Shown piece after piece: positions 56,544 through 64,000 of a DNA stretch of 64,000 bases. Below the pieces are notes generated by a model. It was not told the origin of the DNA. It did not search any database and saw nothing but the letters and a program-made list of their open reading frames with translations. The stretch comes from Minisyncoccota bacterium (lineage in GTDB: Bacteria; Patescibacteriota; Minisyncoccia; Minisyncoccales; Minisyncoccaceae), in contig JBBACM010000001.1 in assembly GCA_041657045.1 (NCBI GenBank), positions 13,259 through 77,258 on the forward strand, read 5' to 3'. The stretch's first letter is position 1, and every line of letters starts with the position of its first letter. Both the position numbers and the translations under genes were made by a program.

Positions 56544-57439
56544 TAATACTATTACACGGAGAAGATATATATAGAATGAAGATGAAAGTCTCGGAAATCA
56601 TGGAAGAGCATAAGCAAAAGCACAAAAGCGGGCTTAATTTAAGATGCTTAGAAGCAAAGAATATCAGTTTTGATGATTTAAGGAATGAAATGCTTGGAGT
56701 ATCAATGTTTAAAGAAAAGAAGCTTATAGTCGTTTCCGACCTTTTTTCTAATTCAAAGCTTAAGGAAGATATGCTCGAAAAAGGCAAAGTTTTTGTTGAT
56801 TCAGACAATGTTCTTCTTTTGACCGAAAGGACGAGCATCCTCAAAAAAGAAAAACTGCTTTCTTTTTTGGAAAAAGAGGGAAAGATTCAAGAGTTTGAGC
56901 CCTTGAAAGGAGTTAAGCTGAACAGTTGGGTTAAAAAAGAAGTTGAAGAGCTAAAAGGAGAAATTGAAGAAAGGGCCTTGGAAAAATTAACAGAATATGT
57001 TGGAGGTGATTTATGGCAGATGGAAAACGAAATTAAAAAGCTGGTTAGTTATTCAAGGAAAATTTCAGAAAAAGATGTTGATGATATGGTCAGGCCTAAA
57101 TACGAAAGCAACATATTCGATACGATTGATGCTATCGCGATTAAAGACAGGAAAAAAGCGATAAAGCTTTTAAAGGAGCACATACAGAAAGGTGATTCAG
57201 TTTTGTTTCTTCTATCAATGATAGCATCGCAGATAAGGAATATGATTTCAGTTAAAGCCGATTCGGGAGTGACGGGAATGCACCCTTTTGTTTTAAGAAA
57301 AGCCACTTTTCAGGCCAAGAATTTTTCTATAGAAGACTTGAAAAGAATATACAGAAAAATCGTTGACTTGGATTCGGAGATAAAAGTTGGTAAGATAGAA
57401 CAGGATATTGCATTGGATGTTTTAATTTCTGAAATATGA
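56516..57439 (+). CDS. holA: DNA polymerase III delta subunit (the true start is probably the internal MIILLHG)
   Basis: HolA-like N-terminus and size. Confidence 0.6.
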   Translation: MSQMSGKKMIILLHGEDIYRMKMKVSEIMEEHKQKHKSGLNLRCLEAKNISFDDLRNEMLGVSMFKEKKLIVVSDLFSNSKLKEDMLEKGKVFVDSDNVLLLTERTSILKKEKLLSFLEKEGKIQEFEPLKGVKLNSWVKKEVEELKGEIEERALEKLTEYVGGDLWQMENEIKKLVSYSRKISEKDVDDMVRPKYESNIFDTIDAIAIKDRKKAIKLLKEHIQKGDSVLFLLSMIASQIRNMISVKADSGVTGMHPFVLRKATFQAKNFSIEDLKRIYRKIVDLDSEIKVGKIEQDIALDVLISEI

Positions 57440-58077
57440 ACAAAATAATTTGCTTTGATGTCAATGGGACCTTGGTAAAAGAAAATTCTTGGGAGATTTT
57501 TACTTATGGGAAGAAAGACGTAGAAAAAGAGATTGAGGAAGTTTTTTTGAGTTACTATAAAAAAGAAATACCTATAGATGAGATGTGGAAAAGAATGGTT
57601 GTTTCATTAAAAAATACCGGAAGAGCCAATAGAAGGTTTATAGAAAATTGTTGGGATGTAACCAGCACCTTTAAAGAGGGGGCGGAAGAAATTATCAAAT
57701 ACTTGAAAGGAAAAGAATATAAGATATATTTAATATCGTGCTCGATTGATGCTTACCTTGATTGTCTTGTTCAAAAACTTAATCTCGACGGATTTTACGC
57801 TGGGAGTCATTTGATTTTCGACGGGAAAGGCGAACTTGAGAACATCACGAGCGAGTGCATTAAGAGTAGGGAATACAAGGAATTAAGGTTGAGGGAGCTG
57901 GCTGATAAAGAAGGAGTTAATATTAATGATATTATTTTTGTGGGAGACGGAGATAATGACATAGGTGCTTTTAAGCTGGTAAAGCGGGGAATTGCCATAG
58001 ATACCAATAACGAAGAATTATTAAGATGTGCCTGGAAGAAGATTGATAGCTTGTGGCAGATACAGGATATATTATAA
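57436..58077 (+). CDS. HAD-superfamily phosphatase (subfamily IB-like)
   Basis: Motif I FDVNGTL and motif IV GDGDND. Confidence 0.7.
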   Translation: MNKIICFDVNGTLVKENSWEIFTYGKKDVEKEIEEVFLSYYKKEIPIDEMWKRMVVSLKNTGRANRRFIENCWDVTSTFKEGAEEIIKYLKGKEYKIYLISCSIDAYLDCLVQKLNLDGFYAGSHLIFDGKGELENITSECIKSREYKELRLRELADKEGVNINDIIFVGDGDNDIGAFKLVKRGIAIDTNNEELLRCAWKKIDSLWQIQDIL

Positions 58078-58105
58078 AAAAACCGGGGAGACCCGATTTT
58101 TTATT
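58071..58105. terminator. Probable bidirectional terminator (A7-CGGG-gaga-CCCG-T6) between the HAD gene and the convergent rpsT
   Basis: Short GC stem with flanking A-run and T-run. Weak. Confidence 0.35.
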
Positions 58106-58367
58106 TCTTTAATTTGTTTACCTTTTTCATTATTCTCGATTTTCTTCTCGAGGCCGCATTTTTCTTAATAACTCCTCTTTTAGCAGCTTTATCAATCGCT
58201 TTGTATATCCTGGGAAGCATTTTTTCAACTTCTTCAATATTATTTAAGGACAATAAAGTATTAGCTTCTTTGATAAGCTTTCTCATTTCCAAAATTCTTT
58301 TGGTGTTAACAGCTCTGCGTCTTTCAATTTGAGCAGGGCGTCTTTTAGTTGTTTTTGTAACTGGCAT
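58101..58367 (-). CDS. rpsT: 30S ribosomal protein S20
   Basis: S20 family basic helical protein. Confidence 0.85.
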   Translation of the reverse strand: MPVTKTTKRRPAQIERRRAVNTKRILEMRKLIKEANTLLSLNNIEEVEKMLPRIYKAIDKAAKRGVIKKNAASRRKSRIMKKVNKLKK

Positions 58368-58413
58368 ATAACTATATATACACTAATTTGTAGAAATATG
58401 CAAGTTTGGTATA

Positions 58414-58986
58414 ATGAAATCAATGATAAGTCATATCTACGGTAAAATCATATATAAGGATGACAAAAAAGCTATTCTTGATAAGAGCGGGATAGGCTTT
58501 GAGGTCTTTTTAGCCCCTTCTGACTTAAGAAATTTGAAGGTTGGAGACGAGAGAGACGTTTATACCTTTCTATTTTTAGGAGAAAAAGTACTTGAATTAT
58601 ATGGTTTTTTGACTCCGGAAAGATTGGAATTGTTTAAAATATTAAAAGGGGTTTCGGGGGTAGGTCCCAAAACAGCCATGGGACTATCAGTGGCTGGTTC
58701 TTTGGAAAAGTTAAAAGATTCTTTGGAGCAGGGAGAGCTACCCGAAGACGTTAAGGGGGTAGGGGTGAAAAGATTACAGAAGATACTTTTAGAAATTACG
58801 GGGAAGATAAAAGAAGTTAAAAAGATTTCTCCGAAGAAGAAAATAACCAAAGACGATGTTTTTGATGCCCTGGTTTCTTTAGGATTTAACAAGCAAGACG
58901 TGGCCGATGCTGTTGCCCAGGTTCCTGAAGAAATCGTCGGAGCGGAAAATAGATTAAAAGAAGCGTTAAAATATTTAGGGAGATGA
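58414..58986 (+). CDS. ruvA: Holliday junction DNA helicase RuvA
   Basis: OB-fold N-terminus (MISHIYGKI) and HhH motifs (GVSGVGPKTA). Confidence 0.9.
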   Translation: MKSMISHIYGKIIYKDDKKAILDKSGIGFEVFLAPSDLRNLKVGDERDVYTFLFLGEKVLELYGFLTPERLELFKILKGVSGVGPKTAMGLSVAGSLEKLKDSLEQGELPEDVKGVGVKRLQKILLEITGKIKEVKKISPKKKITKDDVFDALVSLGFNKQDVADAVAQVPEEIVGAENRLKEALKYLGR

Positions 58987-60233
58987 GCTTGAAGACAATA
59001 ATTAGAAAATTGATTCCGAAAAGTGCTATTAATTTTTATCATTTCGGTATGGCTTTTTTTTCAGCCTTGTTCTACGGATTTCCTTCAAGAAAGATAAAGG
59101 TTATAGGCATTACAGGTACTAACGGTAAATCTACGACCTTAAATATTGCTGCCAAGATTTTAGAAGAAGCGGGTTATAAGGTGGCAGCTTTAACCTCTAT
59201 TGTCTTTAAGGTAGGAGAAAAGGAAGAAGAAAATAAGCTTAAAATGACTATGCCTGGCAGGTTTGTGATTAATAAGTTTTTGAGTGATGCTGTCAAAGCT
59301 AAATGTGATTATGCTTTGGTAGAAACAACCTCCGAAGGCGTAGCTCAGAATCGTCACAAATTCATTGATTTTAAAACAGCAGTTATTACTAATTTGAATC
59401 CAGAACACATTGAGTCTCATGGTGGATTTGAAAATTATAAACACGCTAAGGGGAAATTTTTTAATGATGTTAAGGGAACCCACATTGTTAATATTGATGA
59501 TAAGCATTCGGACTACTTTTTGTCTTTTTTTGCAAATAAAATAATTACCTATGGGATTAAAAACGAAAAATCAGATATTAGAGGGGAGAATATTGTTGCT
59601 ACTTCTGATGGTTCTAAATTTTCCGTCGAAGGAATTAATTTTGATTTGAAGATTCTGTGCGATTTTAATATTTACAATGCTTTAGCTGCGATTTCCATTG
59701 CTATTTCCGAAGGGGTTGATTTGAATACTTGTCAGAAAGGAATTGCTAAGGTTAATCAGATAGCTGGTAGAATGGAAAAAATAATAGAAAAACCTTTTCA
59801 AGTTTTTGTTGATTATGCATTTGTTCCAGAAGCTTTGGATAAAGTTTATCAATTTGTAAAACCGAAAGACGGAAAATTAATTTGTGTTTTAGGGTCCTGC
59901 GGAGGGGGAAGAGATAAGTGGAAAAGATCGGTTTTAGGAGGATTGGCTAATAACTACGGTGATTTAGTTATAGTTACCAACGAAGACCCTTACGATGAAA
60001 AGCCGGAAGATATTATTGATCAGGTTAGTGTCGGAGTAAAAAATAAGGAGAAATTGATTAAGATTTTAGATAGAAGGGAGGCTATACGAAAAGCTCTGTT
60101 TTCGGCCAAGGAAGGGGACGTTGTTGTTATAACCGGAAAGGGATGCGAGCCCTGGATTTGTTGGGAAGACGGGAGAAAAGAACCATGGGATGATAGGAGA
60201 ATAGTAAAAGAAGAGTTAGGGAGACTTTCTTGA
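58983..60233 (+). CDS. Mur ligase family protein, MurE-like (short N-terminus)
   Basis: GITGTNGKSTT P-loop, NLNPEHIESHGGFENYKHAK, DYAFVPEAL, GSCGGGRDKWKR. Confidence 0.6.
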   Translation: MSLKTIIRKLIPKSAINFYHFGMAFFSALFYGFPSRKIKVIGITGTNGKSTTLNIAAKILEEAGYKVAALTSIVFKVGEKEEENKLKMTMPGRFVINKFLSDAVKAKCDYALVETTSEGVAQNRHKFIDFKTAVITNLNPEHIESHGGFENYKHAKGKFFNDVKGTHIVNIDDKHSDYFLSFFANKIITYGIKNEKSDIRGENIVATSDGSKFSVEGINFDLKILCDFNIYNALAAISIAISEGVDLNTCQKGIAKVNQIAGRMEKIIEKPFQVFVDYAFVPEALDKVYQFVKPKDGKLICVLGSCGGGRDKWKRSVLGGLANNYGDLVIVTNEDPYDEKPEDIIDQVSVGVKNKEKLIKILDRREAIRKALFSAKEGDVVVITGKGCEPWICWEDGRKEPWDDRRIVKEELGRLS

Positions 60234-60262
60234 CATAAGAGGTTTTTCCAGTAAAATGAGAC

Positions 60263-60976
60263 TTGTTGGATATGAACATACATATAGCCCTTACGGGGGA
60301 GCCAGTTTTTAATTTTTTAGGAATAGAATTTACCAATACTTTCATATTGGCTATTGTTTGTGCATTTTTAATCATGATTGCGTTTTCGTTTGCTTTAAGA
60401 AAAAAAGAGATTGTTCCCGATAAAGTGCAGAATTTTTTTGAATTTATTTTAGAGACCATATTCGGAATTTTCGACAGTATGACGGGAAATAGAAAAAAAA
60501 CGGAAGAAATTTTTCCTTTGTCAGCTACTTTGTTTATTTTTATTTTACTTAATAATTTGATAGAAATAATCCCCGGTTTGGGGGTTTTTAAATTTTTAAG
60601 ATCACCCAGCTCAGATTTACATTTCACTTTAGCCTTAGCCATTTTTTCAATGGTTTTTATTCATTTTTCCGCTATTAAAAAATTGGGTGGAGTTAATTAT
60701 TTAAAAAAGTTTGTTAGACTAGAAAGTCCTATTATGTTTTTTGTAGGAGCATTAGAAGTAATGGGAGAGGTAACTAAGACGGCCTCCTTAGGCATTAGGT
60801 TGTTCGGAAATTTATTTGCCGGAGAGATTCTTTTAATGATAGTTTCATTTATGGTTCCATACATAGCGCCGTTACCGTTCTTAGGACTTGAATTGTTTGT
60901 CGGATTTATTCAGGCATTAGTTTTTTCATCATTAATAACAGTTTTTTATGTCTTTACAACCGCAGAAGAACATTAA
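60263..60976 (+). CDS. atpB: F0F1 ATP synthase subunit a
   Basis: Conserved LGIRLFGNLFAGE with the essential Arg. Confidence 0.85.
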   Translation: MLDMNIHIALTGEPVFNFLGIEFTNTFILAIVCAFLIMIAFSFALRKKEIVPDKVQNFFEFILETIFGIFDSMTGNRKKTEEIFPLSATLFIFILLNNLIEIIPGLGVFKFLRSPSSDLHFTLALAIFSMVFIHFSAIKKLGGVNYLKKFVRLESPIMFFVGALEVMGEVTKTASLGIRLFGNLFAGEILLMIVSFMVPYIAPLPFLGLELFVGFIQALVFSSLITVFYVFTTAEEH

Positions 60977-61202
60977 TTTAGGGCAGATTATCACTTTGGG
61001 TAGCGAATTAGGTTTTCTGATAGCGCTTCCTATAGTAATTTGCATTTTTCTGGGATTGTGGATAGATAAAAAATTGAATACGTTTCCTTTGGTATTGTTA
61101 GCGTCGATTTTAGTGGGAATAGTTCTAACTATTGTAAACGTATATAAAATAGTAATTCCGTTTTTGGAAAAAAGGTCGGATAATAATAAGATAATTAAAT
61201 AA
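60948..61202 (+). CDS. AtpZ/AtpI-like small two-TM protein; overlaps the atpB 3' end by 29 nt
   Basis: LGSELGFLIALPIVICIFLGLWIDKKLNTFP... resembles the AtpZ family. Its position between atpB and atpE is atypical. Confidence 0.4.
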   Translation: MSLQPQKNINLGQIITLGSELGFLIALPIVICIFLGLWIDKKLNTFPLVLLASILVGIVLTIVNVYKIVIPFLEKRSDNNKIIK

Positions 61203-61433
<231 letters not shown>

Positions 61434-61443
61434 TTAAACTAAA

Positions 61444-61932
61444 ATGAGTGCTTTAGAAATAGACTGGAAAGTATTAATAGGACAGATAGTCAACTTCGCT
61501 ATCCTTTTTTTCGTGCTCAAAATTTTTGTTTATAAACCCTTTTTAAGTCTATTAAAAACAAGAAGAGATAAAATAGAAGAAGGGATAAATAAGTCGGCTG
61601 AGGCGGAAGAGCGTCTTTCTAGGATGGAAGAGATGAAAAAGAAGATGGAAGAAAAAAATGAAGACGAGAAAAAGAAGGTTTTAATCGCCGCTGAATCAGA
61701 GGCGAAAAAGAGAATCGCCGAATCAATGCAAAAAGCAGAAGAAGAAAAGTCTCAACTTTTGGTTAAAGCCAGAAAAGAGGCGGAAGAGATTAAAGAAAAG
61801 GAAAGCGAAGAAGTTAAAAAAAGAACAATTGAAAATGTTTTTGCTCTAACGGAGAAACTCTTAAAGGAAAAAATTGACGAAAAGGAAGGGAAGAAAATTG
61901 CCAACGAATTTTTAAGTAAATTAAAGGTATGA
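61444..61932 (+). CDS. atpF: F0F1 ATP synthase subunit b
   Basis: N-terminal TM followed by a long charged helix. Confidence 0.8.
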   Translation: MSALEIDWKVLIGQIVNFAILFFVLKIFVYKPFLSLLKTRRDKIEEGINKSAEAEERLSRMEEMKKKMEEKNEDEKKKVLIAAESEAKKRIAESMQKAEEEKSQLLVKARKEAEEIKEKESEEVKKRTIENVFALTEKLLKEKIDEKEGKKIANEFLSKLKV

Positions 61933-62321
61933 AGATAGAGAAAGAAATTTCTTCTTGGGCTCGCGCCCTTTATCTAGCTTTTGAAGAAAATCCCGATAAG
62001 GTCGAGAGTATTTTGGTTAACTTTAAAAAATCATTAGGGAAGAAACAGGTTATTATTGTTTCTATTTTTAAAAAATTGGAAAGGATTTATTTAAAAGAGA
62101 AGAGAGCGGAGCTTTCTTTGGCTCAAGAGTTTAGCGAACACGATAAAAAAGAGTTTAAAGAAAAAATCAAAGGCATAGTTCCAGGAATTGAAAAAGTCGA
62201 CGATGTTTTAGACGAATCACTTTTGGCGGGATTTCGTTTAAAAACAAAAGATGTGTTAGTTAGAGCTTCTTTAAAAGATGTTTTATTGAAGCTAAAAAAC
62301 AAAATATATGGACATAATTGA
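61929..62321 (+). CDS. atpH: F0F1 ATP synthase subunit delta (short)
   Basis: Operon position and OSCP-like helical protein. Confidence 0.6.
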   Translation: MKIEKEISSWARALYLAFEENPDKVESILVNFKKSLGKKQVIIVSIFKKLERIYLKEKRAELSLAQEFSEHDKKEFKEKIKGIVPGIEKVDDVLDESLLAGFRLKTKDVLVRASLKDVLLKLKNKIYGHN

Positions 62322-63810
62322 ACAATTTAAAAAACAATTGGAAGGACTGGATGTTTCTCCGGAAATGGAAGAGGTGGGGGAAGTTGTCGAGGTGAAAGAT
62401 GGCGTAGTTAAAATATCTGGACTTAGAAATGTTGAGAATTTTGAGATGATAGAGTTTGAAGAAGCTGGAGTGATGGGACTGGTTTTAAACCTAGAAGAGT
62501 ATGAAGTCGGTGCCGTAATTTTGGGCAGCGACAAAAATATTAAACAGGGAACGACAGTTAAAAGGACCAAGAAGGTTTTCTCCGTGCCGGTGGGTGAGGG
62601 TCTTTTAGGTCGTGTTGTCGATCCTTTAGGAAGGCCGCTTGATGGAAAGGGAGAAATTAAAGCTAAAGAATATCTTCCTTTGGAAAGAAAGGGTCCTTCG
62701 GTTATTGAAAGGAAGCCCATAACTAAGCCTCTGCATACGGGAATTAAAATGGTTGATGCTTTAATTCCGATTGGCCGAGGACAAAGAGAGTTAATTATTG
62801 GAGATAGGGGTCTTGGAAAAACAGCCATTGCCCTAGATGCAATTATTAATCAAAAGACTGAAAAGAACAGGCCTTACTGTGTTTACGTTGCTTGCGGACA
62901 GAAAAAAAGCAAAGTAAGGAGATTAATCGCCACCTTAGAAAAAGAAGGAGCAATGGAGTACACAACTGTGGTTTGTGCTTTTCCAGACGACCCAACCAGT
63001 TTTGTTTATCTGGCTCCTTTCGCCGGAGCAACAATCGGAGAATATTTTAGAGATAACAAGCAGGATGCTTTGGTTGTTTACGACGATTTAACCAGGCAAG
63101 CTTGGGCGTGGAGAGAAATATCTTTGATTTTAAGGCGTCCGCCAGGCAGAGAAGCCTATCCGGGAGACGTCTTCTATCTTCATTCAAGATTGCTTGAAAG
63201 AGCGGCTATGATGAGCGATGAAATGGGAGGAGGTTCTTTAACCGCTTTGCCCATTATTGAAACTCAAGCCGGAGATATTTCCGGATATATTCCGACCAAT
63301 GTGATTTCTATCACTGACGGTCAGATATTCTTGGATTCAACTTTATTTAGAAAAGAACAGAAGCCAGCAATCAATATCGGAACTTCAGTATCGAGAGTCG
63401 GTTCTTCGGCTCAAATGAAAGCAACCAAAAAAGTTGCCGGAAGATTGAAGCTTGATTTGGCCCAGTTCCAAGAATTGGAAAGATTCTCCGAGTTTACGGA
63501 AGAACTTGATCCTCAAACCAAAAAAACCATTGAAAGAGGAAAAAGAATGAGGGTACTTTTAAGACAGCCAGATTTGATTCCTCTCCCAATTGAAAAAGAA
63601 GTTATCGTTATTTTCACCGGAGTTAATAGCGATATAGAAGAGGTTCCGATGGAGAAAATAAAGGATTTTGAGGTAGATGTTCTAAGAAGTGTTGAATTGG
63701 AAAGTCCTGATATTTTAAAAGAAATTAAAGAAACGGGAGACATGAGCGACGGCAGCAAGAGCAAGCTTCTAGAAATTATTAAGAAGATTAAGAATAGCTA
63801 TGGATCTTAA
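62308..63810 (+). CDS. atpA: F0F1 ATP synthase subunit alpha
   Basis: P-loop GDRGLGKT and strong alpha-subunit similarity. Confidence 0.95.
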   Translation: MDIIEQFKKQLEGLDVSPEMEEVGEVVEVKDGVVKISGLRNVENFEMIEFEEAGVMGLVLNLEEYEVGAVILGSDKNIKQGTTVKRTKKVFSVPVGEGLLGRVVDPLGRPLDGKGEIKAKEYLPLERKGPSVIERKPITKPLHTGIKMVDALIPIGRGQRELIIGDRGLGKTAIALDAIINQKTEKNRPYCVYVACGQKKSKVRRLIATLEKEGAMEYTTVVCAFPDDPTSFVYLAPFAGATIGEYFRDNKQDALVVYDDLTRQAWAWREISLILRRPPGREAYPGDVFYLHSRLLERAAMMSDEMGGGSLTALPIIETQAGDISGYIPTNVISITDGQIFLDSTLFRKEQKPAINIGTSVSRVGSSAQMKATKKVAGRLKLDLAQFQELERFSEFTEELDPQTKKTIERGKRMRVLLRQPDLIPLPIEKEVIVIFTGVNSDIEEVPMEKIKDFEVDVLRSVELESPDILKEIKETGDMSDGSKSKLLEIIKKIKNSYGS

Positions 63811-64000
63811 AGAAGTAAAAGCTAAAATAGGTTCTGTTAAGAATATTTCCGAGCTGACAAGTGCTCTTGAGACTTTTTCAGCCTTAAAAATGAAGAAGAC
63901 CCAGAAAGTATTTTCCGAATCAAAGCCTTTTGCAGAAGAAATGGCGAAGATGTTAAGGAAGATGAAAAAGTCGCTTAAAGACGGCAAGTCAGTTTTCTTA
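63800..64000 (+). CDS. atpG: F0F1 ATP synthase subunit gamma, N-terminal fragment (runs off window)
   Basis: MDLKEVKAKIGSVKNISELTSALETFSALKMKK matches the gamma N-terminus. Confidence 0.75.
   Translation, partial: MDLKEVKAKIGSVKNISELTSALETFSALKMKKTQKVFSESKPFAEEMAKMLRKMKKSLKDGKSVFL

Noticed and set aside
62292-62828. Minus-strand 178-aa ORF inside atpA
   Set aside because: It is antisense to the highly conserved ATP synthase alpha subunit.

Overview
A low-GC, gene-dense bacterial segment with a Candidate Phyla Radiation / Patescibacteria-like gene repertoire. It includes a replication-origin neighbourhood: rpmH-rnpA-yidC-jag on the minus strand, then dnaA-dnaN with consensus DnaA boxes. Housekeeping content includes clpP-tig, nusA, cca, rpsO-pnp, rsmA, tyrS, ruvABC, yebC, a class V FBP aldolase/phosphatase, mutM, holA, rpsT, a MurE-like ligase, and the start of an F-type ATP synthase operon (atpB-(atpZ-like)-E-F-H-A-G). 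RNA genes are five tRNAs (Ala, Val, Pro, Arg, Lys), none encoding CCA. Three of them sit immediately downstream of cca, and each of those three is preceded at 6 nt by a 16-bp perfect palindrome. Accessory content: two tandem giant secreted proteins built from DUF2341-like/LamG-like repeats that share a duplicated promoter and leader; an exogenous-fatty-acid activation cluster (fakA, 2x fakB/DegV, three PlsY paralogs, a CDP-alcohol-synthase-like gene); and, most notably, a ~13 kb type-IV-secretion-like locus at 26.2-38.8 kb. That locus encodes a split VirB4 ATPase, a VirB3-like and a VirB6-like membrane protein, and three large proteins in which a VirB2/TrbC pilin-like module is fused to long cysteine-rich ectodomains. 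A stand-alone VirB2-like pilin sits between two tRNAs at 19.1 kb. No rRNA genes or CRISPR arrays were seen.
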